Notes: generated by a model not told the origin, from the sequence alone. Positions 21,797 to 32,168 are shown, numbered from the stretch's first letter. The stretch: DNA of 64,000 nucleotides from Candidatus Eiseniibacteriota bacterium (GCA_043809585.1 JBDROZ010000087.1:1-64000); one strand, 5' to 3'. Translations and numbers: made by a program.

Positions 21797-22130
21797 GGTC
21801 TCCTCCTCGCGCCTTTTCGCGCCGCCTCGGAGGCGACGATGTTTGGTCTTGACCGATCGCTTCGAAGGCATTAGTATAGTCCGAACGAATAAGTTGATTC
21901 CATTCGGCCGGACACGGGAGCCGCGCCCCCTCCTCGTCCGAACACCGGATTGAACTCGTGACTAAATTTTGTCTCGCTCACAGGCCCGCCCCTGTTCCCG
22001 AAACGATCCACGCATCGTTCCGCCTACGCTCGCCCGCCGGTTCGTCGAAAAGGGGGATTTGCGCGCGATTCGTTTCGAGCCCGGGCAGAGGTTTTCCCTT
22101 CTCCTCGAAGGAAAGGCGGTGGTCATCGAG

Positions 22131-22544
22131 ATGAACTCCTACCACGATCCGTCGTCCCGGGACCGGGTTCCGAACTCCCCGGACCGGTCGGAGTTGGTCC
22201 GCAAGGTCGCCGAGAGGATCGTGGGGCTCGGCCTCGCGGCGCCGGCGATCCGCTTTCTCGAGTCGGGGACCTCCCGCCCCGCCCACGGCGGCCGTGGATC
22301 GTTGTTCTTCGGATCCCTCGCCCGCATGCTCGCGCAGCGGGACGAAGACCGCCATGTGGTGGAGTTTCTGGACGACCGGGAGACGGTGGCGAGCCTCATT
22401 CTCGAAATCGAGAGGATCGAAGAGGAGAACCGGGAACCGGAGGCCCTCGCCTGTCGCCGCCTGACGCCGAACCGGCGCTTCGGGCGGATCGTTCGCCGCC
22501 ACCGCCCCGCGGCGTCCCCGCGGGCGCCCGGCGGGGAACGGTAG
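22131..22544 (+). CDS. Hypothetical protein
   Basis: ELVRKVAERIV..GL.APAI.FLES...FL.DRE.V..LI.EIE helical pattern resembles a small conserved hypothetical family; start uncertain. Confidence 0.5.
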   Translation: MNSYHDPSSRDRVPNSPDRSELVRKVAERIVGLGLAAPAIRFLESGTSRPAHGGRGSLFFGSLARMLAQRDEDRHVVEFLDDRETVASLILEIERIEEENREPEALACRRLTPNRRFGRIVRRHRPAASPRAPGGER

Positions 22545-22566
22545 GGCCCCTTCGCTCCTCGTTCAG

Positions 22567-23655
22567 TCAGGCCGTCCGGTCTCTCTCTTCCGCGTCGTTC
22601 CCCTCCGGAGCGACCGCCGCCGCCATGCGGACCTCGGGCGGCGGATACCACGCCTCCGTGTCCGGTCCCGGCTCGAACCACCGGGAACGGCCGATCCAGA
22701 GGGCCATCAGGCCCATCCCCACGAAAGAGAGGAAGCTCCCCTCGGGACCGAATGAGCCGCCGCTCACCCAGTCGGGACCGATGGTCGTTACCGTGAAGGG
22801 GACGACCGGGAGCGTCACGCCGCTCACCGGAAGGGACCAGACATATCCCATGAAGAAATTCCATGTCACGTGCATGCCCACGGGGAGCCAGAGGCTTCGG
22901 GTGCGGAAGTAGGCGAGGCAGAGAAGAAGACCCGCCACGCCGGTCGACACGGCGCCGATCCACGTGCCCCCCGAGTTGAAGTGATGGATGAAGCCGAAGG
23001 GGGCGGAGAGGAGGAGGGCCGCCGGGACCTTCCCGATCCCTTCGGCGAGCGCCTGCAGGGCGAAGCCGCGAAAGAGAAGCTCCTCCACGAACGCGACGCC
23101 GATGAAGAAGAGGAGATAGAGGACCGTGTGCCGGAGGATCTCTCCGCCCGCCTCGCCGGAGGGGGCGAGGCGAAGGGCGCCGAGGGCGGCCTGGACCGCG
23201 ACGACGCCGGTGATGAAGAGGGCGCCGAGCCCGAGACCGAGCCCGAGGTCCCGGAGCCAGCGGGAGTGCAGTCCGAGGCCGATCCCGGCGAAGGGGCGCC
23301 GGTCGAGCCACCGGGCCGCGGCGGCGCTCGCGAGAAGGATCGCGACGGTGAGAAGCGCGTAGCCGAGGATCATGGTGGGGAGAGGGGCGTTCTCCAGGGC
23401 CGTGGCCCCCTCCGCCCGGGGAAGGAGCTTCCGGAACGGCGCGAGGAGGAGAGTAAGGGCGATCACGGCCGCGAGGATGAACAGGACGAAGAGGACGATC
23501 CTCCACGGAACCCGGATGAGGCCGTGGCGGTTCCGCCAGAGGGGGCGGAGCATCCCCTTCCCGGTGAGGATGGCGAGGACGGCCGCCGCGACGAGGAGCG
23601 CGATCGAGAGGGGAAGGAAGATCGGCATCGCGGTTTCTCCTCCGGTCGGTTCCAT
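22567..23655 (-). CDS. CPBP-family (CAAX/Abi) intramembrane glutamic protease
   Basis: EELLFRG, FGFIH, HVTWN motifs; multiple TMs. Confidence 0.9.
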   Translation of the reverse strand: MEPTGGETAMPIFLPLSIALLVAAAVLAILTGKGMLRPLWRNRHGLIRVPWRIVLFVLFILAAVIALTLLLAPFRKLLPRAEGATALENAPLPTMILGYALLTVAILLASAAAARWLDRRPFAGIGLGLHSRWLRDLGLGLGLGALFITGVVAVQAALGALRLAPSGEAGGEILRHTVLYLLFFIGVAFVEELLFRGFALQALAEGIGKVPAALLLSAPFGFIHHFNSGGTWIGAVSTGVAGLLLCLAYFRTRSLWLPVGMHVTWNFFMGYVWSLPVSGVTLPVVPFTVTTIGPDWVSGGSFGPEGSFLSFVGMGLMALWIGRSRWFEPGPDTEAWYPPPEVRMAAAVAPEGNDAEERDRTA

Positions 23656-23693
23656 CAGCGTTCTTCATCCGCGAAGATCCTCCCTCCGCGGCA

Positions 23694-24827
23694 TCAGGCC
23701 CCGGCGAGGATCTCCTCGTAGAGGCTCTCGATACGGTCCGTACGCCGCTCCCGGTCGAAGTGCCTCTCCGCCCGCTCCCGCCCTCGGGCGCCGAGGGAGG
23801 CGCGGAGGGCGTCGTCGGAGAGAAGCCGCCGGAGCGCGGCGGCGATCGCCTCCGGATCGTCCGGCGGGAAGAGGATCCCCGTCTCTCCGTCCACCACCAG
23901 GTCCCGGATGCCCGCGGCCCCCGCCGCGGCGATGGGGAGGGAGGCGGCCATCCCTTCGAGCACCACGTTGCCGAGCGCTTCCGAGCGGGAGGGGACGACG
24001 AGGATGTCGAGCGCGGCCAGCGCCCCGGGCACGTCCTCCCGGAATCCGGTGAACCGGAGACGATCCCCGAGATCGATCTCCCGGGCGAGGTCTCGGGCGC
24101 GCGCCCCGTACTCCTCCTCCCCCTCGGTCACGGAGCCGATGACGAGGAACCGCGCGCCCCGCTCCTCCCGGGCGACCATCGCCGCCGCCCGGAGAAACTC
24201 GAGCTGTCCTTTCCCCCGGGAGATCCTCCCGACGAGACCGATCGCGACGGCGCCCTCCGGAATCTCCCACTCCCGCCGCGTCTCCGCCCGGCCTGGCCTC
24301 CCGGGCGGAAAGCGGGAAAGATCGACGCCGTTCGGTATGACCACGATCTTCTCCCGCGGGAGCGGCGTCCGGCGGAGGAGGTTCTCCTCCACCATCGACG
24401 AGATCGCGACGACCCGCGCCGTGTTCCCGTAGAGCCATCGGTGAACGAGGTCGGTCTTGTTCACCGAGGAGGCGAGGTGTTTCGTGAGCACCACCGGGAC
24501 GCCTCCCGCCATCTTGGCGGCCGGGACCAGGGTCCAGAGGTCCTTCGAGAACTCGGCGTGGACGATCCGGATCTTCTCCCCTCGGAGGATCCCGGCGACC
24601 CGCGCCGCGGCGAGGGGGGCCAGGTAGCTCCGGGAGAGGACGGGCCTCGTGGGGAGACCCCGCCGGACCCCTTCGGCGGCGATCGGCGTTCCCGGCGAAG
24701 CGAGAAGGATCACCGGGTACCCCCGCCGGGCGAGGGCTTCGGCGGAGAGGACGGACTCCATCTCCATCCCCCCCCAGGAAGGGGAGGAGCAGGCCACGAC
24801 GATCCCCGGTTTCTCCCGATCCGTCAC
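23694..24827 (-). CDS. GT4 glycosyltransferase
   Basis: WGGME, IPNGVD, VGRISRGKGQ, FTGFRED, PSRSEALGNVVLEGMA; GTG start. Confidence 0.9.
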   Translation of the reverse strand: MTDREKPGIVVACSSPSWGGMEMESVLSAEALARRGYPVILLASPGTPIAAEGVRRGLPTRPVLSRSYLAPLAAARVAGILRGEKIRIVHAEFSKDLWTLVPAAKMAGGVPVVLTKHLASSVNKTDLVHRWLYGNTARVVAISSMVEENLLRRTPLPREKIVVIPNGVDLSRFPPGRPGRAETRREWEIPEGAVAIGLVGRISRGKGQLEFLRAAAMVAREERGARFLVIGSVTEGEEEYGARARDLAREIDLGDRLRFTGFREDVPGALAALDILVVPSRSEALGNVVLEGMAASLPIAAAGAAGIRDLVVDGETGILFPPDDPEAIAAALRRLLSDDALRASLGARGRERAERHFDRERRTDRIESLYEEILAGA

Positions 24828-25594
24828 CCCCCGCCCCCCCCTCTCCGCGCCCGGATCATGGCCCGGGCCCTCGCGTACTTGAGGTATGAGTGCTTCGCCG
24901 AGAGAAGGGCGATGAGGAGCCCCCGCCAGCCGTCGAGAAAGCCGAGGCGGAGCAGATAGCTCTTGATGAAGGTCGCCGGCGGATGGACGAAGAGGCGCCC
25001 GATCGAGCCGCCCCGGTTCCGTTCGGCGAGGTCCCGCGCCGAGAGGCTCGTGAACCGGTCGATCGTGGATTGATGGTCGGCGAGGGTGCGGAACGAATAG
25101 TGGAGGATCGGATGGGTCAATGTCTCCACCGGGCCGTCCACCTCGACGCTCTCGTGAACGCTCCCCCCCACCCATCGTCCCGACTCCTTCCGGAAGAGCC
25201 GGAGCTTCTGGTCCGGATACCAGGTGCCGTGGCGGATGAATTTCCCGAGATACCATGTCAGGCGGGGAATACGGTAGCCCGCCGCCCCGCCCCCCGAGCG
25301 CACGGCCCGGACGATCTCCTCCGCGAGTTCCTCCGAGACCCGTTCGTCGGCGTCGATGTTCAAGATCCACTCTCCCGCGGCGAGATCGGTCGCCTCCCGT
25401 TTCTGCTCGGTGAAGCCGGTGAAATCCCGCGTCTCGACCCGGCCGGCGTAGCGCCGGGCGATCTCCACGGTCCGGTCCGTGGAGTGGGAATCGACCACCA
25501 CGATTTCTTGGGCGAAGGCGAGGCTCCGGAGGCACTCCTCGATCTCCCCCTCTTCGTTCCGGGTGATGACCACCGCGGAGATGCGCTCGTTCAC
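24824..25594 (-). CDS. GT2 glycosyltransferase (LgtF/KdtX-like)
   Basis: ISAVVITRNEE, VVDSHSTDRT, WILNIDADE, WYPD..LRLF, VHE, GFLDG; GTG start overlaps the true GT9 stop (GTGA). Confidence 0.88.
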   Translation of the reverse strand: MNERISAVVITRNEEGEIEECLRSLAFAQEIVVVDSHSTDRTVEIARRYAGRVETRDFTGFTEQKREATDLAAGEWILNIDADERVSEELAEEIVRAVRSGGGAAGYRIPRLTWYLGKFIRHGTWYPDQKLRLFRKESGRWVGGSVHESVEVDGPVETLTHPILHYSFRTLADHQSTIDRFTSLSARDLAERNRGGSIGRLFVHPPATFIKSYLLRLGFLDGWRGLLIALLSAKHSYLKYARARAMIRARRGGGGG

Positions 25595-26644
25595 GCCCCC
25601 GCCCCCTTGCCGCCGCCGATCCGGAGGGCGGCCGCGGCGAGGCCCTCCGCGCCGATCCGTTCCATGCACGGCCAGAAGCGGCATCGCCTCCCCTTGCATC
25701 GAACCCGGGCGGGGGCAAACCACGTCCGGCGCGAGCAGCGCGCTGCGTTCCCCCCTCGGCCCCCACCGCTCCGGGCTCTGGGAGGGGAGGGGGGGATAGG
25801 GGGCGGCGGTCGGCACGCCGAGGGCGGCGGCGGCGTGAAGGGGGCCGGTGCTCGGCGCCACGAAAAGATCGAGGGAGGCGAGCATGCCGAAGAAGAGACG
25901 GAGGGGGCGGTCCCCACCGGCGTCGAACGCGCCCTCGCCGATCGCTTCCGCGACGCGCCGGGTGAGGCGGGCCTCCGCGGCGCCCCCCGTGACGGCCACG
26001 CCCCATCCCGCGCGGACGAGACGGCGTCCGACCTCGACGTATCGATCCTCCGGCCAGCGGAGGGAGGAGTCCCCCGACCCCGGATGGAGACCGGCGAGCG
26101 ACTTTCCTTCCGGCGCGCCCGATGCGCGGAGCGTCTCGAGCCCGGCCCGCTTCTCCTCTTCGCCGATCGTGAGCGTCGGGAGGGGCGTCCCCGAGGCGCG
26201 GCCGCCGGTCACGAGGGGGGCGAAGGCGGCGTCCAGCTCCGATTGGTGCGATCCCGCCCTCGAGCGGCGCTGCCGGACGCCCCGGTTCAGGTGCACGAAC
26301 GACGACGGCCGCGAAAGGGGGCCGGTCCTGTACGGAACATCCGCCCGCCGGGCGGCGCCTGAGGAGGCCCAGGAGGGGTTCAGCACGATCGCCGCGTCGA
26401 CCCGCCGTTCCCGGAGATCCGCCGCCGTCCCTTTCGGATGCCACGGGATCGCTTCGTCGACCGACCGGTTCCCCTCGAGAACGGGGAGGGCGTAGGCCGA
26501 GACGACGGCCACGACCCGGCACTCCGGCGACGCCTCCTTGATCGCCTGGAAGAGAGGGGTGGAGAGAATCAGGTCTCCGATCCGGTCGGTCCGGATCACC
26601 GCCACCGTTTTTGCCTCGACGGGCCGCGGGTTTCTATCGAACAC
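25591..26644 (-). CDS. GT9 heptosyltransferase-like protein; +1 frameshift near 25711-25715
   Basis: RTDRIGDLILSTP, LHPGSG, STGPLHAAAALG; the Cys-rich GT9 tail (CPARVRCKGRRCRFWPCMERI) lies in the adjacent frame ending at 25591. Confidence 0.82.
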
Positions 26645-27686
26645 GGTCCGCCTCCGCGAGAAGCCGGTCCGCTTCGGCGGCGACCCGGGTCTCGGTGATT
26701 CCGGGAAGGCAGATCCAATGGCCCAGGGGGCACTCGGCCGACCCGTGGTCGGAGCAAGGGGCGCAGAAGGCGTCGCTCCGAACGATCCGGACGAGCCGGT
26801 CGAACCGGAACTGCTCCGGCCCGGTCGGCCCGAAGAGGGCGATCGCCGGCGTCCGTGCCCCCCGGGCGAGATGAAAGGCGCCCGAATCGTTGCCGACGAA
26901 GAGCGACGCGCCGTGGAGGAGGGCGCCGAGCACCTCGAAGGACATTTCGCCGGTCAGGTCCGCCCCCCCGCCCGTCTTCGCGGCCCGGCGTCCCGCCTCT
27001 CGGTCCCCGGGGCCCCCGACGAATACCGACGCCATGCCCCGCTTCTCGAGGAGGGGGACGAGGGCGCCGAACCGCTCCGGCGGCCACTGCTTGGTCGGCC
27101 ACGCCGACCCGACGGCGAGCACCGCGTAGGGAGGGCGCACGTTCCCCCCGGCGAGAAGGCGCCGCGCCTCGGCCGCTTCGGCGTCGCCGAAGTAGACTTC
27201 CGGGGTTTCGTCCTCCTCGTGAATCCCGAGGGGCTCGAGCAACCGGAGTTTCCGCCGGACGAAGGTCGACTCCCACCGGCTGTACGGGACCGTGTCGGTG
27301 TAGAAGAGGGATGACGGGTATCGCTCGAATCCGACGCGCCGGGGAGCGCCGGTGGCGAAAGCGAGAAGGCCGCTCCGGACGGATCGGTGGGGGGAGATCA
27401 CCAGATCGAACCGTTCCGCCCGGAGTCGGCGGGCGAGCCGGAGCGTGGAGGCCGTCCCCCGTTCGCTCCCCCCCTTGTCGAACCGGACGAGCCGGTCCAC
27501 GTGGGGGCAGAGGCGAACGATCCCTTCCGTCCTCGGCGCGTGGAGAAGAGTGATCGACGCCTCCCGCCCCGCCCCCCGCCGGAGCGCCCGGATCAGAGGG
27601 GTGGTCAGGACCATGTCCCCCACGAAGCCGGTCTGGATGACGAGGACGTTCCGGTAGGGAAATCGATTTGTGCCCGCCGTGTTCAT
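26634..27686 (-). CDS. GT9 LPS heptosyltransferase (WaaF-like)
   Basis: IQTGFVGDMVLTTP, GSAWPTKQW, GNDSGAFHLA, LFGPT, CAPCSDHG..CPLGH..C. Confidence 0.9.
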   Translation of the reverse strand: MNTAGTNRFPYRNVLVIQTGFVGDMVLTTPLIRALRRGAGREASITLLHAPRTEGIVRLCPHVDRLVRFDKGGSERGTASTLRLARRLRAERFDLVISPHRSVRSGLLAFATGAPRRVGFERYPSSLFYTDTVPYSRWESTFVRRKLRLLEPLGIHEEDETPEVYFGDAEAAEARRLLAGGNVRPPYAVLAVGSAWPTKQWPPERFGALVPLLEKRGMASVFVGGPGDREAGRRAAKTGGGADLTGEMSFEVLGALLHGASLFVGNDSGAFHLARGARTPAIALFGPTGPEQFRFDRLVRIVRSDAFCAPCSDHGSAECPLGHWICLPGITETRVAAEADRLLAEADRVR

Positions 27687-27734
27687 GCCGAAGCGAGTGT
27701 ATCGGATGGGGGGAGGCGGGACAATGACGGCCGA

Positions 27735-29705
27735 CTATTCCCCGAGGGCCTCCCTCGCCCTTCCCGCGAGAGGGGAGCCGGGCGCGAGGCGGATCACCTC
27801 CCGGTAGGCGGCGCGGGACCCCGCTCCGTCACCGAGACGTTCCCGGGCGATGCCGAGGTAGTACCATGCCGCCCCGTTCGCCGGGTCGTCCCGGACGAGA
27901 CGGTCCAGATGGGGGATCGCCTGCTCTTCCGCGTGGAGCACGACCAGGATCTCGGCCAGGTGGTTCCTGGCGGTGTCGTACGCCTCATCCGCGGCGAGGG
28001 CCTCCCGGAAGGCGGCGATCGCCCCCGTGAGGTCCCCCGCCCCTTTCCGGGCGAGCCCGAGGTTCGTCAGATAACCGGCGTCCCCCGGCCAGAGGCGGGC
28101 CGCTTTCTCGAAGGCGTGTGCGGCGTCGTCGAACCGCTTCGCCTCGTAGAAGACGCGCCCGAGATTGGACCAGGCGTCGTAGTAGGTCGAGTCGATCGAA
28201 ACGGCCCGGATCAGATCGGCCGTCGCCTCCTCCACATCCCCCCGGGCGAGGAGGAGCACGGCCCGGTTGTTCAGGGCCGGCCCGAACCAGGCGCTCTCCT
28301 CGGAAACGCGGGCGTACTCCTCGATCGCCCGCTCCCCGTCCCCTCCTTTTTGGGCGGCCCAGCCTTCGCCGAACCGGGCTTGGGATTCGTCGGCCACCTC
28401 GCCGAGAGGATTCCAGTTGAAGAGAAGGAACCCGAGAAGGAGAAGGGCCGCGGGGAGGGGGGCGCGGCGCCGGAGGTCCCGCCCGGCCCGGACGAGCTCC
28501 ACGAGCCCCGCCGCCGCGAAGACGAGGAGGAAGGGGACCAGGGGGAGGCGATACCGGGCGTTCACGAAGAAGAGGAGGACCGAAACCGTGTAGGCGGCGA
28601 TCACGAGGATCACCGCCGCGCCCCCTCTCTTTCGTTTTCGAAGGAGGCCGACCAGGGCGAGGGGGGCCGCGACGCCGAACCCGACCCAGACGGGGAGGGA
28701 GAGGAAGGGGGAACGGGCGCGGGAGAAATTCGGGTCCTTCACGTTCGGCATCTCGTAGGACGAGAGGAGGGCCGCGATCTTCCGCCCCCCGAGGGCGATC
28801 GCGTCCCCCGGCCGCCCCGTCACGAAGCCGAGCCCCTTTCGCAGGTAGAAACGGGAGACCTCCGACGGTTTCATGGCCCGGCCCGCCTCCCGTTCGGCGA
28901 GACGCTCCGCCTTGTCGAAGGTCCACTGCACGAGGCCGGGAAAAGTCGAGTCCCTCCCCGAGGCGGCCGGGTTGTTCCCGAGGAAGAAGTTGATGCCCGC
29001 CGTGGTGGAGACGATCGCGAAATCCCCCCCGGCGAACCGGTTGTGGGCGGTGACGGGCGCCACGGCGGCGGCGCATCCGGCGGCGAGGAGGAGGGCGTGC
29101 TTCGCCCGCTTCCGGCCGAGCTCGAAGAGGACGAGAACCGGGAGAAGGAGGAGGACGTTCGGGCGCGCGATCGCCGCCCCGCCGAGAAGGAGACCGGCCG
29201 CGACGGTCGTCCGGGCGTCCGGCCGCCCCCCGCCCCGGAGAAGCAGCAGGCAGACCGCGAGCAGGAGGGGGATGAAGAAGGGTTCGATGAGAAGCTCGCC
29301 GCCGAAGTAGAGGAAGGGCCAGTAGAGGGCGGAGGCGATTCCGGCGACGAGTCCGGCGGTCCTTCCGAACAGGGCCGCGGCGATCCCCGCGGTCAGGGGA
29401 ACGGCGAGGCAGGTGAAGAGCGCCTGGAGGAGCTGGAGAACCGTCCGGTCCCCTCCGGCGAGGAGGTGGAGAAAGCCGAGAAAGACCGGGTAGAGGGGGC
29501 CGTACCGGAAGGGGGCGGGGGGAAGGCCCTCCCCGCCGGCGAACCGCTCCGCCGCGGCGAGGTACTCGGCGCTGTCCACCACGGGGTTCCGAAAGGTCGG
29601 CTCCTCTTGGATGGTAAGGATGTAGAAGCACTGCAGGAGCAGGGCAAGCAGGTAGACGGCGGCATAAGGGGCCGCTCTCTCCGTGATGGACCGGCCGACG
29701 CTCAT
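27735..29705 (-). CDS. GT-C (PMT-like) membrane glycosyltransferase with C-terminal TPRs
   Basis: VVDSAEY, GPLYP.FL, ARPN, GINFFLGNN, ARYRLP; TPR repeats. Confidence 0.85.
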   Translation of the reverse strand: MSVGRSITERAAPYAAVYLLALLLQCFYILTIQEEPTFRNPVVDSAEYLAAAERFAGGEGLPPAPFRYGPLYPVFLGFLHLLAGGDRTVLQLLQALFTCLAVPLTAGIAAALFGRTAGLVAGIASALYWPFLYFGGELLIEPFFIPLLLAVCLLLLRGGGRPDARTTVAAGLLLGGAAIARPNVLLLLPVLVLFELGRKRAKHALLLAAGCAAAVAPVTAHNRFAGGDFAIVSTTAGINFFLGNNPAASGRDSTFPGLVQWTFDKAERLAEREAGRAMKPSEVSRFYLRKGLGFVTGRPGDAIALGGRKIAALLSSYEMPNVKDPNFSRARSPFLSLPVWVGFGVAAPLALVGLLRKRKRGGAAVILVIAAYTVSVLLFFVNARYRLPLVPFLLVFAAAGLVELVRAGRDLRRRAPLPAALLLLGFLLFNWNPLGEVADESQARFGEGWAAQKGGDGERAIEEYARVSEESAWFGPALNNRAVLLLARGDVEEATADLIRAVSIDSTYYDAWSNLGRVFYEAKRFDDAAHAFEKAARLWPGDAGYLTNLGLARKGAGDLTGAIAAFREALAADEAYDTARNHLAEILVVLHAEEQAIPHLDRLVRDDPANGAAWYYLGIARERLGDGAGSRAAYREVIRLAPGSPLAGRAREALGE

Positions 29706-29718
29706 GGATCAAGGCTAG

Positions 29719-29906
29719 CCTTATTCCGGCAAAAAATCCCGGTGCAAATCGCCGACGCTCGCGCGACAGCACGCCATCTGCCGCAGGGCGCGGCATTCAC
29801 CAATGCTCACATATCGTTGAATATGCTCCGCTTGGTGAATGCTCCGCGCAGCAGCATCTGACGCACTCTCGCGCGTTTTCACTCGCGATTTTTTACCGGA
29901 TCAAGG
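29719..29906. mobile_element. MITE-like non-autonomous element (188 bp) with terminal inverted repeats and flanking CTAG
   Basis: Left end ccttattccggcaaaaaatc, right end gattttttaccggatcaagg (imperfect IR); CTAG at 29715-29718 and 29907-29910; internal IR gcattcaccaa/ttggtgaatgc. Confidence 0.7.
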
Positions 29907-29984
29907 CTAGCACCGGGTGGGAGGGGCGACAACTCTTCTCCCCGCGGCGTGACGGCGGAGCCGGGGATGTGGTAATCCTCGAAC

Positions 29985-31343
29985 ATGATGAAGATCCGGC
30001 TCTTCCCGCCCGCCCTGATCCTCCTCCTCTCCGCGACCTGCGGGGAGGGACCGACAGGTTCCGCGCGGAACGGGATTCTCGTTCTCATCGATACCTGCCG
30101 GTTCGACGACGTGGGGCGCGAGGGGACCCACGGACCGGTCACCCCGAACCTCGACCGGTTCGCGGCGGGCGGCGCCTCCCGGTTCACCCGCTGCTCGGCG
30201 CCCGCCCCCTGGACGCTCCCCTCCGTCGGCTCTCTCCTGACCGGCGTCTATCCGACCGTCCACGGCGCCCTCGGCCGCTACCCCGATTTCACCAAAGTCC
30301 GCGCCGACGTTCCGACGGGCGCCGAACTTCTCTCCGCCGCCGGATTCGAGACCGCCGCCTTCGTGAACGTGGCCTTCCTCGATCCGGTGCTGGGCCTCGG
30401 CCGCGGTTTCGACGTCTACGATTACGTGGGGGGGGCGAACCGGAAGATCCGCCGTGCGGGGCCCACCTTCGACGAAGCGGCGGAGTGGCTCGAGAACCGG
30501 GGAGAGGGGCGCTTCTTCCTCTTCATTCACCTCTTCGATCCTCACATGGACTTCGACCCCGTGGAACCGTTCCGATCCCGCTTCCTCGAGGGGTACTTGG
30601 GGGAGATGGAGCCCCCTTTCGCCGGCGTCTCCCGTTGGAAAGCGGAGAAGGAGATCCCCCCCGAGATCCGGGACTTCGCCCGCGCCCTCTACCGGGCGGA
30701 GATCGCGGGGGTCGATCATGAATTCGGGCGGTTTCTCGGCCGGCTCGACTCGCTCGATCTCTCGGAGGAGACGGTGGTGATGGTGACCGCCGACCATGGC
30801 GAGGAGTTCTGGGATCACGGGAAGTTCGAGCACGGCCACACTCTGTACGAGGAACTCCTGCACGTCCCCTTCCTCCTCCGCGCCCCCGGCCGCCCCTTCG
30901 AACCGGAGATCGGCCGCCTCGTGGGACTGGTCGACGTGATGCCGACCCTTTTCGATCTTCTCGGTCTCCCCGTCGATCCCGGATTCCAGGGGGAGTCGCT
31001 CCTCCCCTTGCTCGAAGGGGAGGACCCGCCGGGGCCGCGCTACCGTTTCGCCGAGGCCCTTTTCTACGGCGATGATTGGAAGGGGGTGATCGGGGAGCGG
31101 TACAAGTACTCCATGAGTGAAGGCCATCCGGCGGGCGTGCTGTTCGATCTGGAGCAAGACCCTGGGGAGCGCCGGGACCTGGCCGGGGACAGGCCCGAGA
31201 GTGCGGCCGAGATGAGCCGGATCCTCGTCGACTGGTATCGAGGCGCTCTCGAGCGGACCGGCGGAAGCGTCCAAGGGGGCGAGACGGTGGACATGGAACA
31301 CGAGGTGGTCGAGCAGCTCCGCGCCCTCGGCTACGCCGACTGA
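29985..31343 (+). CDS. Sulfatase-like hydrolase/transferase (alkaline phosphatase superfamily), exported
   Basis: LIDTCRFD, WTLPSVGSLLTG, HLFDPH, TADHGEEF..HG...HGH.LY.E..HVP, LFDL..DPGE; C-terminal EQLRALGY. Confidence 0.9.
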   Translation: MMKIRLFPPALILLLSATCGEGPTGSARNGILVLIDTCRFDDVGREGTHGPVTPNLDRFAAGGASRFTRCSAPAPWTLPSVGSLLTGVYPTVHGALGRYPDFTKVRADVPTGAELLSAAGFETAAFVNVAFLDPVLGLGRGFDVYDYVGGANRKIRRAGPTFDEAAEWLENRGEGRFFLFIHLFDPHMDFDPVEPFRSRFLEGYLGEMEPPFAGVSRWKAEKEIPPEIRDFARALYRAEIAGVDHEFGRFLGRLDSLDLSEETVVMVTADHGEEFWDHGKFEHGHTLYEELLHVPFLLRAPGRPFEPEIGRLVGLVDVMPTLFDLLGLPVDPGFQGESLLPLLEGEDPPGPRYRFAEALFYGDDWKGVIGERYKYSMSEGHPAGVLFDLEQDPGERRDLAGDRPESAAEMSRILVDWYRGALERTGGSVQGGETVDMEHEVVEQLRALGYAD

Positions 31344-31354
31344 CGGAGAGAACC

Positions 31355-32161
31355 ATGGCGTCCCGAAATCGCCGATTCCCCCTTCTCGTCCTCTCCCTTC
31401 TTCTCGTCGCCTGTGGCGGCGGCGGTGGGGGGAAGGAGGAGGGACCGCTCACCGAGAGGATCGTCCGGGGCGCGGCGGACCGGATCTATCTTCACGGCGA
31501 GGAGATCCTGGGCGACACACTCCTCTTCGCCTGGGTGCCGGGGGGGGAGGCCACTCTCTGTGGTCGGCCCCTCCGGCCCCCCCCGCTCCGCCTGGAGGAG
31601 AGCGAAGAGGACCTCGGGACCCGTTACGGCCGGGTGCCGTCGGTGAAGCGGCTCACGGAGGAGGGGAAGAGCCTCGCCGATGGGGTCGCCGGCTTCCGCC
31701 GGGCCGAGGAGGATCTCCGGAGACGCCTCTCCGCCTCCTACCGGTCGGCCCTCCCCGGGGGATCCGAGGAAGAGGCGACCCTCGCCGCGATCCGATCGCT
31801 GACCGATGAGGACCGGAGCCTGCTCGCCGGGGATCCCGTCCCGGGACCGGGGGTCGTCGAGATCCGTTTCGCCGGCCGGCCCCCCGAGACATGGATTCTC
31901 CGGTCCCCGGGGAAGAGGGGGATCGGGGCGCCCGGGTCGATGAGCCGGAAGGGGGTGGCCCGCCTCGCCGGCGAACTTCGAGGCGCCCTTTCCTCCTCTC
32001 CGGAGGGAACGCTCACGGTCCTCGGGAGGACCGTCCACATCCTCGGCGATCCGGAGGAGATCGGCCGGGGCGCCGCCCAGATCGAAGGGGCCCGCGAGGG
32101 GCGCGCCGAGGAGGGACCTCTCCCTCCGGAAGCGCTTCTGCCTTTCCGTTCCCGGCGCTGA
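31355..32161 (+). CDS. Hypothetical lipoprotein
   Basis: Lipobox LLVA-C after a hydrophobic signal; 11 bp downstream of the sulfatase. Confidence 0.6.
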   Translation: MASRNRRFPLLVLSLLLVACGGGGGGKEEGPLTERIVRGAADRIYLHGEEILGDTLLFAWVPGGEATLCGRPLRPPPLRLEESEEDLGTRYGRVPSVKRLTEEGKSLADGVAGFRRAEEDLRRRLSASYRSALPGGSEEEATLAAIRSLTDEDRSLLAGDPVPGPGVVEIRFAGRPPETWILRSPGKRGIGAPGSMSRKGVARLAGELRGALSSSPEGTLTVLGRTVHILGDPEEIGRGAAQIEGAREGRAEEGPLPPEALLPFRSRR

Positions 32162-32168
32162 CCGGGGG

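Noticed and set aside
21870-21970. Possible riboswitch or ncRNA in an AT-rich intergenic hairpin (gtccgaacgaat...attcggccggac)
   Set aside because: No recognisable riboswitch consensus by eye; an Rfam/Infernal search would be needed.
24824-26644. 606-aa GT9-GT2 fusion in the ORF track
   Set aside because: The linker is low-complexity. The true Cys-rich GT9 tail is in another frame and ends at a GTGA overlap with the GT2 start, so this is a one-base frameshift rather than a real fusion.
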